Assembly: GCA_018674095.1 (NCBI GenBank)
Contig: JABHAX010000055.1
Coordinates: 1-39,413, forward strand
Direction of reading: 5' to 3'
Length of the DNA stretch: 39,413 bases
Origin: Fidelibacterota bacterium
Lineage (GTDB): Bacteria; Fidelibacterota; Marinisomatia; Marinisomatales; UBA1611
Shown: piece by piece, positions 28,647 to 38,800 of the stretch
How the letters are laid out: each line of letters opens with the position of its first letter
Numbering within the stretch: the first letter of the stretch is position 1
The notes under the pieces: model-generated
Told to the model about the DNA's origin: nothing
Seen by the model: only the letters and a program-made list of their open reading frames with translations
Databases searched by the model: none
Made by a program: the position numbers and the translations under genes

Positions 28647-29954
28647 ATGAAGCCTTTACGCCACATCCATTTATTTTTCCTAGCCGGTTCACTTTTAGTC
28701 GGTCAGGATACGACAATAAATTCTTTTCAATATTCAACAATATTAGAAACGCCAAACCTTTCATTTATAAAACACGTTTATTCTGGTTTGGATATTCTAG
28801 AACAAATGGATTTTAAACCGATTGAAGGAAAATCCATTGCACTGTTTACAAATCAAACAGCTGTGAATAGAAATGGTATTCATATTCTGGATCTTTTGAA
28901 AGATGCGCCTAATGTTAAAGTTGTGGCTTTACTTGCATCGGAAAATGGGATTTGGGGTATTGATGATAGTCGAGCAAAACTTATTGGGCGAGACCAAGTG
29001 GATCCGGTACATGGTGCGCCTATTATTGATATGTTTGGCAAATATGTCCACCCGCCACATTGGATCATGGATAAGGTCGATTTGGTGGTTGTAGATTTTC
29101 AAGATACAGGTTCTCGATATTCTACTTTGATAGCAACTATGTCAAAATTATTTGAATCCGCTTCAAAATGGAGAATCCCAGTGATGATTCTGGATCGGCC
29201 TAATCCAATACGGGGTGATATTGTGAATGGTCCCATTCCTCGAACGGAATTCCAATCTTACGAATCTTATCATCTTTTTCCCATTCGCCACGGATTAACC
29301 TTGGGTGAAATTTCTATTTTGATTAATGAAATGGGATGGATTAAAGATTTGAATCGTGTAGATCTTTCAGTTGTTCCTATGTCAAATTGGCGTCGTAATA
29401 TGTGGTTTGATCAAACAGAATTAGCATGGCGAAATCCAACACCATTTTTACAAAATGAAACCAGTTTACTTGCCTATACTGGCATGGATCTTTTTCGTGG
29501 GACTAATATGAATATTGGTTTTGGGACAAAAACGCCATATTTGATTGTAGGTTCACCTTGGTTGGGCTCATCTTTTCTTCTACAAAAACTAAACGATCAA
29601 GGATTAAAAGGCGTCGAATTCAAATCTGTTACATATCGACCATCTGGATCCATTTATTTTAGCCGAGTTCCGCAGTATGAAGGGCAATCTTGTAGTGGAA
29701 TACAGTTAGAGATTACAGATAGGAATGAGTTTTCGCCTTTGGTAACTGCTACGACATTGATACTGATGATTCATCAATTGCATCCACGAGAATTTCAATG
29801 GAAATCGGATGGATATATTGATAAACTTTTTGGCTCAGATTTATTACGATTATTGGCTGCTCAAAAAAAACCGCCAGATCATTTACCAGCTCAGTGGGTC
29901 CATGATGTATATAAATTCAATGAATTTAGACAGCCATTTCTTTTATATAAATGA
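28647..29954 (+). CDS. DUF1343 family protein (exo-beta-N-acetylmuramidase NamZ-like), secreted
   Basis: Signal peptide MKPLRHIHLFFLAGSLLVGQ. DUF1343 pattern IALFTNQTAVN, VVDFQDTGSRYSTLIATM, ILDRPNPIRG and PIRHGLTLGE. I prefer the ATG at 28647 to the TTG at 28635. Confidence 0.82.
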   Translation: MKPLRHIHLFFLAGSLLVGQDTTINSFQYSTILETPNLSFIKHVYSGLDILEQMDFKPIEGKSIALFTNQTAVNRNGIHILDLLKDAPNVKVVALLASENGIWGIDDSRAKLIGRDQVDPVHGAPIIDMFGKYVHPPHWIMDKVDLVVVDFQDTGSRYSTLIATMSKLFESASKWRIPVMILDRPNPIRGDIVNGPIPRTEFQSYESYHLFPIRHGLTLGEISILINEMGWIKDLNRVDLSVVPMSNWRRNMWFDQTELAWRNPTPFLQNETSLLAYTGMDLFRGTNMNIGFGTKTPYLIVGSPWLGSSFLLQKLNDQGLKGVEFKSVTYRPSGSIYFSRVPQYEGQSCSGIQLEITDRNEFSPLVTATTLILMIHQLHPREFQWKSDGYIDKLFGSDLLRLLAAQKKPPDHLPAQWVHDVYKFNEFRQPFLLYK

Positions 29955-31486
29955 AACAGTATTTTTTCTTAATTTTATTAAATACAATACTCGTTGGACA
30001 AATATTCCCCACCGTTCCAAGTAATGTTTTCAGATTTACAGTAGGGAAATATCGTTCCCTGTCCGCATGGGATTTACCCCAGCAAAACTTTGACCTTCGG
30101 GGAATTGGACGGCATTATTTTAATAATATAGCCCATAATGATTCTGTAAGGTTTTCTTCAGATTTTGATCTTTATCACAATGGGTCTATGATGGTGGATT
30201 CGTTGAATACAATCGAGGAATGGCTCATTAATTTTAACACAAATCAAGGAGCCTCTTTACCAGTATTCGAGGCTCAAAATATTGATACGTCTTCCCAAAT
30301 TTCTCTAAAGGGAACCTATTTAGAATCCAAGCGAAAAAGTACTTTAGGGAATACATTTAAGATTGACTATGGAATGTCCAATGATGTAACCCTTAGTATT
30401 TCCGTCCCCTTATTGGATTCTTATACACTTGACCAAACTGTAAGCGATTATAGTGTTGGTTCACTTTCAGATGTGGATATTTTACTCAATTACCATACCA
30501 AAGCAAAAAGTGATTTTGAAACGTTTATGAAATTAAACGACTATAAAAATTTGCGAACTGGTCTAAAAGATACACTCACGTTTATCTATGATACTTTTTA
30601 TAAAAAGAGTAGTGAATATTCAGTGCTTTGGGCGACGCATGGTGGCAACAATCCAATTAATGAATATTTAATCGATTCTAAATTTTTCTCTTCAGAAATG
30701 GAAAAAGATACTGTCAATTTATCCGATCTAGTTAATTATTATTATCCGCCACAAAAATCTGGATCTGGTGTAGATGATGTTTTGGTTAGTGCTACTATTT
30801 TGGTTAAAGGGAATCCTGCATGGTCAACCGAAGGAAAGGCAAACGCACTTTATGCCCGACTATTTTTAAGCATCCCTTATGGAAAAACACTGGCATCTTT
30901 TAAAGAAATTGGGACTAAACAATTTAAAGATACAAAAATTGGAGCGGGTGTTTCACGTTGGGGGTTTGGTTTATCTGGAACATCAGGGTTTAAAGACAAA
31001 TTGAATGGAATGATTTATTTCCATTCTTTATTCAAATTTAGTTCACCCGAAATATTGAATACACCTATTGGGCTTTTCTCTGGAGGGCACACGCATCCTG
31101 ATTCTATAGTAAATCAAGTGGGGGACATCTACAAATTTGATGAAGGATTATGGTTTTCCCTGAATGTAGGGGGAGATATTGAAGGGGTTCAGGATCGACT
31201 ACGAATCAGGTCCGAATTTTTATATACCCAAAAGGGAGAGGATCGATTTATCTCCAAGGATCCAGATTGGGATCAATGGATGAATTCTCATGTAGGATAC
31301 TCATCTGCCATAAAAAGTTTTGATATTAGAGCCGAAATATGGGTGTTGAATTCTGTCTCATACAATAGAATCGGCCCCATTTCGTTTGATGTCCATGCTG
31401 GAATTCGAAATAGTATTTTTTCTGATAATACCTTCGCCGGATGGATGATGTATGGTGGAATCACTACTTATTATCAAAGGTGGTAG
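29951..31486 (+). CDS. hypothetical outer-membrane beta-barrel protein (511 aa)
   Basis: Signal-like N-terminus MKQYFFLILLNTILVGQ, Gly- and aromatic-rich alternating strands, and an aromatic C-terminus (...GGITTYYQRW). Overlaps the DUF1343 gene by 4 nt. Confidence 0.5.
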   Translation: MKQYFFLILLNTILVGQIFPTVPSNVFRFTVGKYRSLSAWDLPQQNFDLRGIGRHYFNNIAHNDSVRFSSDFDLYHNGSMMVDSLNTIEEWLINFNTNQGASLPVFEAQNIDTSSQISLKGTYLESKRKSTLGNTFKIDYGMSNDVTLSISVPLLDSYTLDQTVSDYSVGSLSDVDILLNYHTKAKSDFETFMKLNDYKNLRTGLKDTLTFIYDTFYKKSSEYSVLWATHGGNNPINEYLIDSKFFSSEMEKDTVNLSDLVNYYYPPQKSGSGVDDVLVSATILVKGNPAWSTEGKANALYARLFLSIPYGKTLASFKEIGTKQFKDTKIGAGVSRWGFGLSGTSGFKDKLNGMIYFHSLFKFSSPEILNTPIGLFSGGHTHPDSIVNQVGDIYKFDEGLWFSLNVGGDIEGVQDRLRIRSEFLYTQKGEDRFISKDPDWDQWMNSHVGYSSAIKSFDIRAEIWVLNSVSYNRIGPISFDVHAGIRNSIFSDNTFAGWMMYGGITTYYQRW

Positions 31487-31495
31487 ATTATAAGG

Positions 31496-32764
31496 ATGAA
31501 TCTTTCAAAAAAAGTATGGAGTTGGGCAATTTATGATTGGGCAAATTCTGCATTTTCCACGACCGTCATGGCAGGTTTCTTCCCGTTATTTTTTGAAAAA
31601 TATTGGTCAAATCCGGATGATGTAATTCAGAGCACCTATCAATTAGGTTTGGCTAATTCTGCAGCATCTATATTGATTGCGGCTGTTTCCCCATTTTTAG
31701 GTGCCATTGCAGACCGTGGATCGGCCAAAAAGAAATTCCTATTTTTCTTTGCGTTTATTGGGATAATCATGACCGGGGGATTATGGGTTGTTGAACAAGG
31801 ACAATGGCAAATGGCTATCTTTTTTTATGTCATTGCCTCTGTTGGTTTTTTAGGCGGGAATATTTTTTATGATTCTTTACTTCCATCAGTTGCCTCTCGA
31901 GAAAAATTAGATTTTGTTTCATCCTTTGGATTTGCATTAGGATATATTGGTGGCGGGATTCTTTTTCTTATTAATGTTTTAATGTATCTTCATCCGGATT
32001 GGTTTGGTATTGCAAATTCTTCCACAGCAATAAAATTATCTTTTTTATCGGTGGCTGTCTGGTGGGCTGTATTTACAATACCAATTTTATTTTTTGTTCC
32101 GGAACCAAAGAATAAAAATTCTGTTCCCCTTCTTCATGCGCTAAAAGCAGGTGCTAAGCAGTTAAAAGAGACTTTTAACCATATCAGAGAAATGAAAGTA
32201 ATTGGTATGTTCCTCCTTGCGTATTGGTTTTATATTGATGGTGTGGACACGATCATTAGAATGTCCGTAAAAATGGGGTCATCTCTAGGGTTTGAAGCGG
32301 GTGATTTAATTGTTGCATTGCTTATGGTTCAATTTATTGCTTTCCCTGCAGCTTTGGCTTATAACCAGTTTGCTCAAAAGATAGGCACCAAGAATGCAGT
32401 TTTTGTGGCTATTGGAGGATATGCGGTTATCACATTTCTTGCTTATTTTATGAATGATCCACTCCATTTTTTTGTATTGGCGGGGTTAATCGGTTTGTTT
32501 CAGGGTGGTATCCAAGCTCTTAGTAGAAGTTTGTATGCGCGACTGATTCCTGTGGGCAAAGAAGGCGAATTTTTTGGTTTTTACAATATGTTAGGAAAAT
32601 TCGCGGCAGTTATCGGTCCCATCCTAATGGGCTGGGTTACGGTGGTTACAGGAAGCGTTCGATATGGCATTTTATCTATCCTTATTTTATTCATTTTGGG
32701 TGCATTCTTTCTCACAAAAGTTGACTTTGAAGAAGGGGAGCGATTAGCGAAGGAATTTGGGTAA
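31496..32764 (+). CDS. MFS transporter, UMF1/Atg22-like family
   Basis: N-terminus WSWAIYDWANSAFSTTVMAGFFPLFF is typical of UMF1. About 12 TM helices. Confidence 0.82.
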   Translation: MNLSKKVWSWAIYDWANSAFSTTVMAGFFPLFFEKYWSNPDDVIQSTYQLGLANSAASILIAAVSPFLGAIADRGSAKKKFLFFFAFIGIIMTGGLWVVEQGQWQMAIFFYVIASVGFLGGNIFYDSLLPSVASREKLDFVSSFGFALGYIGGGILFLINVLMYLHPDWFGIANSSTAIKLSFLSVAVWWAVFTIPILFFVPEPKNKNSVPLLHALKAGAKQLKETFNHIREMKVIGMFLLAYWFYIDGVDTIIRMSVKMGSSLGFEAGDLIVALLMVQFIAFPAALAYNQFAQKIGTKNAVFVAIGGYAVITFLAYFMNDPLHFFVLAGLIGLFQGGIQALSRSLYARLIPVGKEGEFFGFYNMLGKFAAVIGPILMGWVTVVTGSVRYGILSILILFILGAFFLTKVDFEEGERLAKEFG

Positions 32765-32978
32765 AAAGAACATATAAAAAATATTGAATTAAAAATAGTT
32801 TATGATTTAACTTTCAAACCGAATTAGCTCCATTGATGTGGCGTGCTCTTCAAGTTAAATAGTTTTTCTCGATGGTTTTTCAATGGGGCTTTTTTTCCCA
32901 CTAATTAAGATATACTTTACGTTCTCCAAATTTTTAGTTAGATTTAAATTTAAGCAAAATATAGACATTCAAAACTAG

Positions 32979-33329
32979 TGTCCCATTTTTGGCTTACCCG
33001 TAACAAGAAATTCTAAATGGGAATTCGAAACAGAAGATGGACGTTATTCCTTAGAATGTTTACTCTCACAGAATTACCCAAATCCATTTAATCCTCTTAC
33101 GATAATTCAATTTGGTGTACCGGATGAATCTAAAGTTACGTTGATGATTTACGATCTATTGGGTCGCGAAGTGCGAACACTCGTCAATGGCAATCTAAAA
33201 TCCTGATTTCATAAAGTTATCTGGAATGGTACTAACACATTTGGAAAACAAATTGTAGCGGGCATGTATTTCACAGTGATGTAAAGTGGTGATTTTCGTG
33301 CAGTACTGAAAATGGTTTTGCTGAAATGA
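32979..33329 (+). pseudogene. relic of a T9SS-secreted protein gene: only the C-terminal sorting domain remains, with two in-frame stops
   Basis: My translation is ...[87 protein letters not shown]. This matches the Por/T9SS CTD pattern. In-frame stops are TGA (33204-33206) and TAA (33282-33284). There is no start codon, and an upstream in-frame stop lies at 32976-32978. Confidence 0.75.
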
Positions 33330-33466
33330 TGTAATTCAGTTGTTATATTAAATTTAATCCCAAGAAAATCCCTCGAAGGCTATTTAGTTTTTAGGGGATT
33401 TTTGTTTATATATTTTCCCACTTTCAATAATCCTTCTTAACTTTTGGAAATAATTATTAAGAGCTC

Positions 33467-33856
33467 ATGAAGATTACACGCTATTCCCAACTTGTTATGC
33501 CCCAAGACGCCAATGTGGTTGGCACTTTATTTGGTGGACAAATGGTATCTTGGATGGATATTGCAGTTGCCAAAGCTGCTCATCGATTTTTAAAAGGAAC
33601 TGAAGCTGAAGCGGCAGTTACAAGAGCTATTGATTCTATTGAATTTGAAAAACCGGTTTATGTGGGGAATTGGGTGAATTTTGAATCGAGAATTATTAAG
33701 ACGGGACATTCATCCATAGTGATTCAAGTTGATGCTTTCAAAGAAAGCCATGAAGAAGACAATATTTTGGCATGTACAGCAATATTCACCATGGTTTCTG
33801 TCAAAAAGTCATCTGATGGTTCTTACCAGAAAGTAAACCATAACAAATTTATATAG
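33467..33856 (+). CDS. acyl-CoA thioesterase (hotdog fold, YciA-like)
   Basis: 129 aa. MPQDANVVGTLFGGQMVSWMDIAVAKAA and the IEFEKPVYVGNWV pattern. Confidence 0.85.
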   Translation: MKITRYSQLVMPQDANVVGTLFGGQMVSWMDIAVAKAAHRFLKGTEAEAAVTRAIDSIEFEKPVYVGNWVNFESRIIKTGHSSIVIQVDAFKESHEEDNILACTAIFTMVSVKKSSDGSYQKVNHNKFI

Positions 33857-33925
33857 ACGAGGCTCGTTATTTCAAAAGTATACACTCCTTCAGATTCAAC
33901 GTCTAATCAAGCACACATTCCTTCA

Positions 33926-35803
33926 ATGGACTCGTATCAAAAACGATACCAAGATTCTATCTCTGACCCTGAAATATTTTGGGCAGAAGTTGCCCAAAGG
34001 TTAGATTGGATTCAGCCTTGGTCTCAAGTGAGAAAATTTGATTTTGCAAGTGGAGAAATCGAATGGTTTAGAGGTGGAAAATTGAATGCATCCTATAATT
34101 GTATCGATCGGCATGTTAAATCGGGACATGGAAATGAAACGGCTATCATATGGGAAGGCAATGACCCAAATCAATCTAGGAAATTCACCTATAATAATCT
34201 CTTAAAGGAAGTTTCCCAATTTGCTAATGCCTTAAAATTACTTGGTGTTGAAAAAGGCGATCGAGTTTGTATCTATATGCAAATGGTTCCGGAATTGGCA
34301 TTTGCTGTTTTGGCTTGTGCCAGAATTGGTGCAGTCCATTCTGTTGTTTTTGGTGCTTTTTCCAGTGATTCACTCCGAGATCGGATTAATGATTCTGAAT
34401 GTAAAATATTAGTGACACAGGATACGGGCGTTCGTGGTACAAAACAAAATATCCCAATGAAAGCAAATGCAGATAATGCACTTAAAGAAACACCATCTAT
34501 TGAACATGTTATTGTAGTTCGCAGAACCGGAGAACCAGTATTTATGGATGCTAAGCGGGATTTGTGGTGGCACGAAGCCATTTCTGGTGTGGATGCAAAA
34601 TGCAAACCGGAAGTCATGGATGCAGAAGATCCACTCTTTATTTTATATACTTCAGGTTCTACGGGAACTCCAAAAGGTGTTTTGCACACAACCGGCGGCT
34701 ATTTGACTTACGCAGCATTCACCCACGAAATAGTTTTCGATTATAAACCTGGCGATATTTATTGGTGCACCGCCGATTTGGGATGGATCACAGGACACTC
34801 ATATATTGTGTATGGCCCTTTAGCAAATCGCGCGACGACCGTAATCTTTGAAGGTGTACCGAATTTCCCAGATTATGGACGATTTTGGGATGTGGTGGAC
34901 AAACATAAAGTGAATCAGTTTTATACAGCACCAACAGCATTGAGAGCTCTGATGAAAGAAGGGAACGATTGGGTAACATCCCGAGATTTATCTTCTCTCA
35001 GATTATTAGGAACGGTTGGCGAACCCATTAAGGAACCGGAATGGTATTGGTATAAAGATATTGTAGGCAAAAGGAATTGTCCTATTGTAGATACATGGTG
35101 GCAAACAGAAACAGGCGGGATTCTTATAACACCGCTCCCTGGTGCAACACCCACAAAACCGGGATCGGCCACATTTCCTTTTTTCGGAATTGAGCCCGTT
35201 TTACTTTCAGAAGATGGGCAAGAAATAGAAGGGAATGGCGTTTCAGGACTTTTAGCAATTAAATCATCCTGGCCGGGACAAATGAGAACTATTTATGGTG
35301 ACCAAGATCGCTTTATTAAAACTTATTTTAAACAATTCCCCGGCTTTTATTTAACCGGTGATGGCGCAAAACGAGATAAAGATGGATATTACTGGATTAC
35401 GGGTAGAGTAGATGATGTATTGAATGTTTCAGGTCATCGTATAGGAACAGCAGAAGTGGAAGGCGCCATTGGGAAAGCTGATGGTGTGGCAGAAGCGGCT
35501 GTTGTTGGTTATCCACATGATATTAAAGGTCAAGGGATTTATGCTTTTGTAACACTTATGACTGGAATAGAGCCATCTGAACAAATCCGAGAAGGAATCA
35601 TAGCATCCGTTAAAAAGGATATTGGGCCACATGCAAAACCAGATGAGATTCAATTTACGCCGGCACTCCCAAAAACGCGTTCTGGGAAAATCATGCGGCG
35701 AATTTTAAGAAAAATTGCAGAAGGTGATTTAGAAAATATGGGCGATATATCTACGCTTGCAGATCCAAGTGTAGTAGAGAACCTTACTTCATCGCCTCAA
35801 TAA
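33926..35803 (+). CDS. acs: acetyl-CoA synthetase (AMP-forming)
   Basis: [59 protein letters not shown] and [11 protein letters not shown]. The coordinates use the first ATG. The true start is probably upstream, at ATT 33869 (see finding). Confidence 0.93.
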   Translation: MDSYQKRYQDSISDPEIFWAEVAQRLDWIQPWSQVRKFDFASGEIEWFRGGKLNASYNCIDRHVKSGHGNETAIIWEGNDPNQSRKFTYNNLLKEVSQFANALKLLGVEKGDRVCIYMQMVPELAFAVLACARIGAVHSVVFGAFSSDSLRDRINDSECKILVTQDTGVRGTKQNIPMKANADNALKETPSIEHVIVVRRTGEPVFMDAKRDLWWHEAISGVDAKCKPEVMDAEDPLFILYTSGSTGTPKGVLHTTGGYLTYAAFTHEIVFDYKPGDIYWCTADLGWITGHSYIVYGPLANRATTVIFEGVPNFPDYGRFWDVVDKHKVNQFYTAPTALRALMKEGNDWVTSRDLSSLRLLGTVGEPIKEPEWYWYKDIVGKRNCPIVDTWWQTETGGILITPLPGATPTKPGSATFPFFGIEPVLLSEDGQEIEGNGVSGLLAIKSSWPGQMRTIYGDQDRFIKTYFKQFPGFYLTGDGAKRDKDGYYWITGRVDDVLNVSGHRIGTAEVEGAIGKADGVAEAAVVGYPHDIKGQGIYAFVTLMTGIEPSEQIREGIIASVKKDIGPHAKPDEIQFTPALPKTRSGKIMRRILRKIAEGDLENMGDISTLADPSVVENLTSSPQ

Positions 35804-38800
35804 GTTTTTCATTCATTTCTCTCACGCGTCTTGTGAGCATTTTGACAATTTGTTTCATGATTTCTGGATTACTTGCCATCAACTCATAAAATCCTTCTTG
35901 ATCTATTTTTAACAAAATAGAATCACCTAAAGTTATGGCATCAGCGGAACGGGGTTCTTGATCTAATAATGCCATTTCGCCAATACAATTTCCTTTTTCT
36001 AATTGAGTGATAGAATGCTCGTTTTGGATTATATCTATTTTTCCGGAAATAATCACAAAAAGTGAATCACCATAATCACCTTCTTTGAAGATTTTTTGTT
36101 GAGGTTCGTATCGAATTTCTTCGGCAATTTGAGCAATTTGGGTCAAGACATCACCGGGAATTTCGTGAAATAGATTAACAGATTTTAAGATGATTGTTTT
36201 TTCAAGAATGGAATACATGGATGGATTCTCCTGTGTTGTGAATTTATCATTTAAGAAATTCCTGTTTAAATAATCTTGCTGAGTTTTATTGAATAAATTT
36301 TGGGTGAAAATGGATTTGGGTAATTCTGCCCAATTGATCTTTTTCAAGAGAGCAGTTTGTTCAGTCTTGAGTAAAAAATGGATGGCAATGGCCGTTTTCC
36401 ATTTGTGGGGATTTTTGATCCACTCCATCAACATTTCTTCTGAATCTTTAGCAATTTCAGGAAATAAATTTTTTCCGGTTTCAATTTTATCAGAATCTGG
36501 ATCGATGAGCGGTAGAGTTCGTTTTCTGTTCTCTGGTGAAAAGGTTGTATCCACCAATTCTAAAACAACTGGAAGTAAATCAGGCTCTCGGCTTTTTACA
36601 TATCGAATATAAGTTTCAATTGGGATATCTGTTGTTTTTAAGGTTCCTAATTTTAGAAGAATGGGAATAACTTTTCGTAAATCACTTTCAATATGATCCA
36701 AAATGAGAAATGCATGTGGGGCATCTTTTAAATGATGTCTCAATTGATAGAGTTTATAGGCTCGTTTAGAGATTCCTGAAATATGCTCATCAATTTCATT
36801 AAAAACTGTTTCATTGATTCCGAACTTTTTGCTTATTCTTAATAATGCATTACTAATCCCATTCAAAATAAGGAGATCAGAATCGCCCAAACCTGCAGAT
36901 AAATATGCGATCATAGTTTCATTGTAAAATTCATGAGCTGTTCTCAAAATCCCGAGTTTGAGATTAGTAGAAGAATCTGATTGAAAAAGGGAATGTTTAA
37001 ACTTATCCAAAACAAGGCTTGAGTCAAATTGTTTTAATGCATTTTCTGCATAAATAAATGTGTCAAAATGCGCTAGATTATGAATAAGTAAATCTAAGTA
37101 ATCAGGGGTGGGTGATTTGACCAATACTTTCAAAATTTGTTGTTTTACTTTAGGCGATGAATGGACCAAAAATCGCTTTTTATCTTCCGACGAAATCCAT
37201 TGTCCTGAATTTTTTAAAAATCCGATCGTGGTACATAATATTTCCGTATCATGACTTTTCAATAAGTGATTTATGAGTTGCATTGATTCCAAATGATTCG
37301 GATCGGAATTGAGAATTGTTACCGCAACAGCAACAGCTAAATCGATTGAATTATTTTTTAATAATGGCGTTATTTTTTCTTTCAAGTATGGAATCTTTCT
37401 ATCACCTGCACAAGAAATAGCAAACGGAGCTAAATCAGTTGAGTCATTTATTGCATTAAATACCAACGAATCAGAAAGGATTTTTGGTTGATTCCATGTC
37501 AATTCCAATACAGTCCTCTTTACCTGAATTGACCCATGATTATATAAATGGTGAAGTGTATTTTTCCAGGGATGAAGTGGAAGAGTCCATAGGAGATCCA
37601 AAGCGAAAAGTTGTTTTAATTCATTATCATCTCGAAGTGTATTATCTAGCGTACTTACGATATGAGAATCTTTAATATCAAATTCAACATCATCCAAATT
37701 TAATTGTCTATTTTCAATAGATTTTACCAGTGAATTCACATATCCATTTTTTAATTTAAAACTATTCCAAATCCACAAAAATACACCAAGAATCACAAGC
37801 AAACTGAGCCAATGGATTTTATCTTGTGGGACAAGGTTAAACGAAACAAGCATGAAAATGCAAAGTCCAGCTAACCCTTCCAATCCTGATCGAATCGTTC
37901 CATCAATTAAGGGTTTTGTCCGTTTCTTTTTTTCCGGCGTCACGGGAAGCCATAAGATTTCTTGAACCGCATTATTCGTAGAGAATTTGAAAACTTGATC
38001 TAGAAATTTCGCAATAAAGACAGCCGATAAAGTACCAAGAGCTAGAAATCCAGATGAACCAATAACTAGAGAAATGGGTAGAATTAATAAACCTGCCAAA
38101 ATTCCAAATCGTGTCAATATAAATCCTGTTACAAAAAATTGCATAATTAAGGTCACGGCTCCGACAGACATATAATAAGTGCCGAAAAAGCTCATCAAAT
38201 CATTTTGATTTGTGAACGTATTTGCTGCCATCATTTTGAATTGATAGTCCACTATTTTTGATATAAAGGCAGCCAAGCCAATTAGTAGAGCAATGGATTT
38301 TAAATATGGACCAAAATCTGTCGACTTTGATGGTTGGGGCTCAATGATAACTTTTCTTATTTCATGTCTCTTACGAAACGGTCTCAACAAATGAGCGATC
38401 ATGACAGAAAACCCAATAAAGAAAATTGTAAGAAATAATAGTTTTTCAGATCCATAAGTTGTAACAAACGGTTTAATGCAATATCCAGCTCCCATCCCTG
38501 CAAAAGAGCCACCGGCACTTACGAGAGAAAATATTCGTTTTGCTTGTCTGGCATTAAATATTTCTCCTGCTAAAATCCAAAACTGGAATATGGATAAAAC
38601 AGTTACAATTTCGACCCAAACATATAAAACGGGAATGAAAAATCCAGATAAATTAGTTTGAAGAAAAAATAAAGAAATGGAAAAAATCGCACCCGAAATA
38701 GTAATGATAAAAACTTGATCTAGATTTGAAGTTAGTTTTTTATAAATGAAAATAACGGCAGCCATGACCACTGCAATTGCGATAAACATGAGGGGGAGAT

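Noticed and set aside
28595-28816. A 73-aa plus-strand ORF overlapping the start of the DUF1343 gene in another frame.
   Set aside because: It is out of frame with a well-supported conserved gene, Phe/Arg/Asn-rich, and has no recognisable motif.
32825-32897. AGCTCCATTGA ... TCAATGGGGCT followed by a T-run after the MFS gene could be a rho-independent terminator.
   Set aside because: The arms match only 10 of 11 positions and enclose a 44-nt loop with no obvious inner structure. That is too weak to call as a feature without folding energetics.
33204-33206. The in-frame TGA in the T9SS CTD relic sits exactly where a conserved Gly is expected (LKS-G-FHKVIWNG), which hinted at UGA-to-Gly recoding (genetic code 25).
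   Set aside because: TGA clearly terminates well-conserved genes in this window, for example polA at 22362-22364 and the ORFs ending at 2098 and 7447. The same relic also carries an in-frame TAA and has lost its 5' part. A GGA-to-TGA point mutation in a pseudogene is the simpler explanation.
32893-33422. A 10-bp direct repeat TTTTCCCACT at 32893-32902 and 33413-33422 flanks the T9SS relic, each copy preceded by a GGGG(C/A)TTTTT-like segment. This could represent target-site duplication or deletion boundaries.
   Set aside because: A single 10-mer match within 700 bp of AT-rich DNA is not clearly above chance. There are no associated inverted repeats or mobile-element genes.
33854-33856. The TAG between the thioesterase gene and acs could be a recoded (pyrrolysine or readthrough) codon producing a fusion protein.
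   Set aside because: TAG is used as an ordinary stop elsewhere in the window (ispG, mscS and the 511-aa outer-membrane protein). I see no PYLIS-like context or pyl genes. An ATT start with a GAGG Shine-Dalgarno explains the data more simply. It is kept only as a minor alternative in the acs finding.
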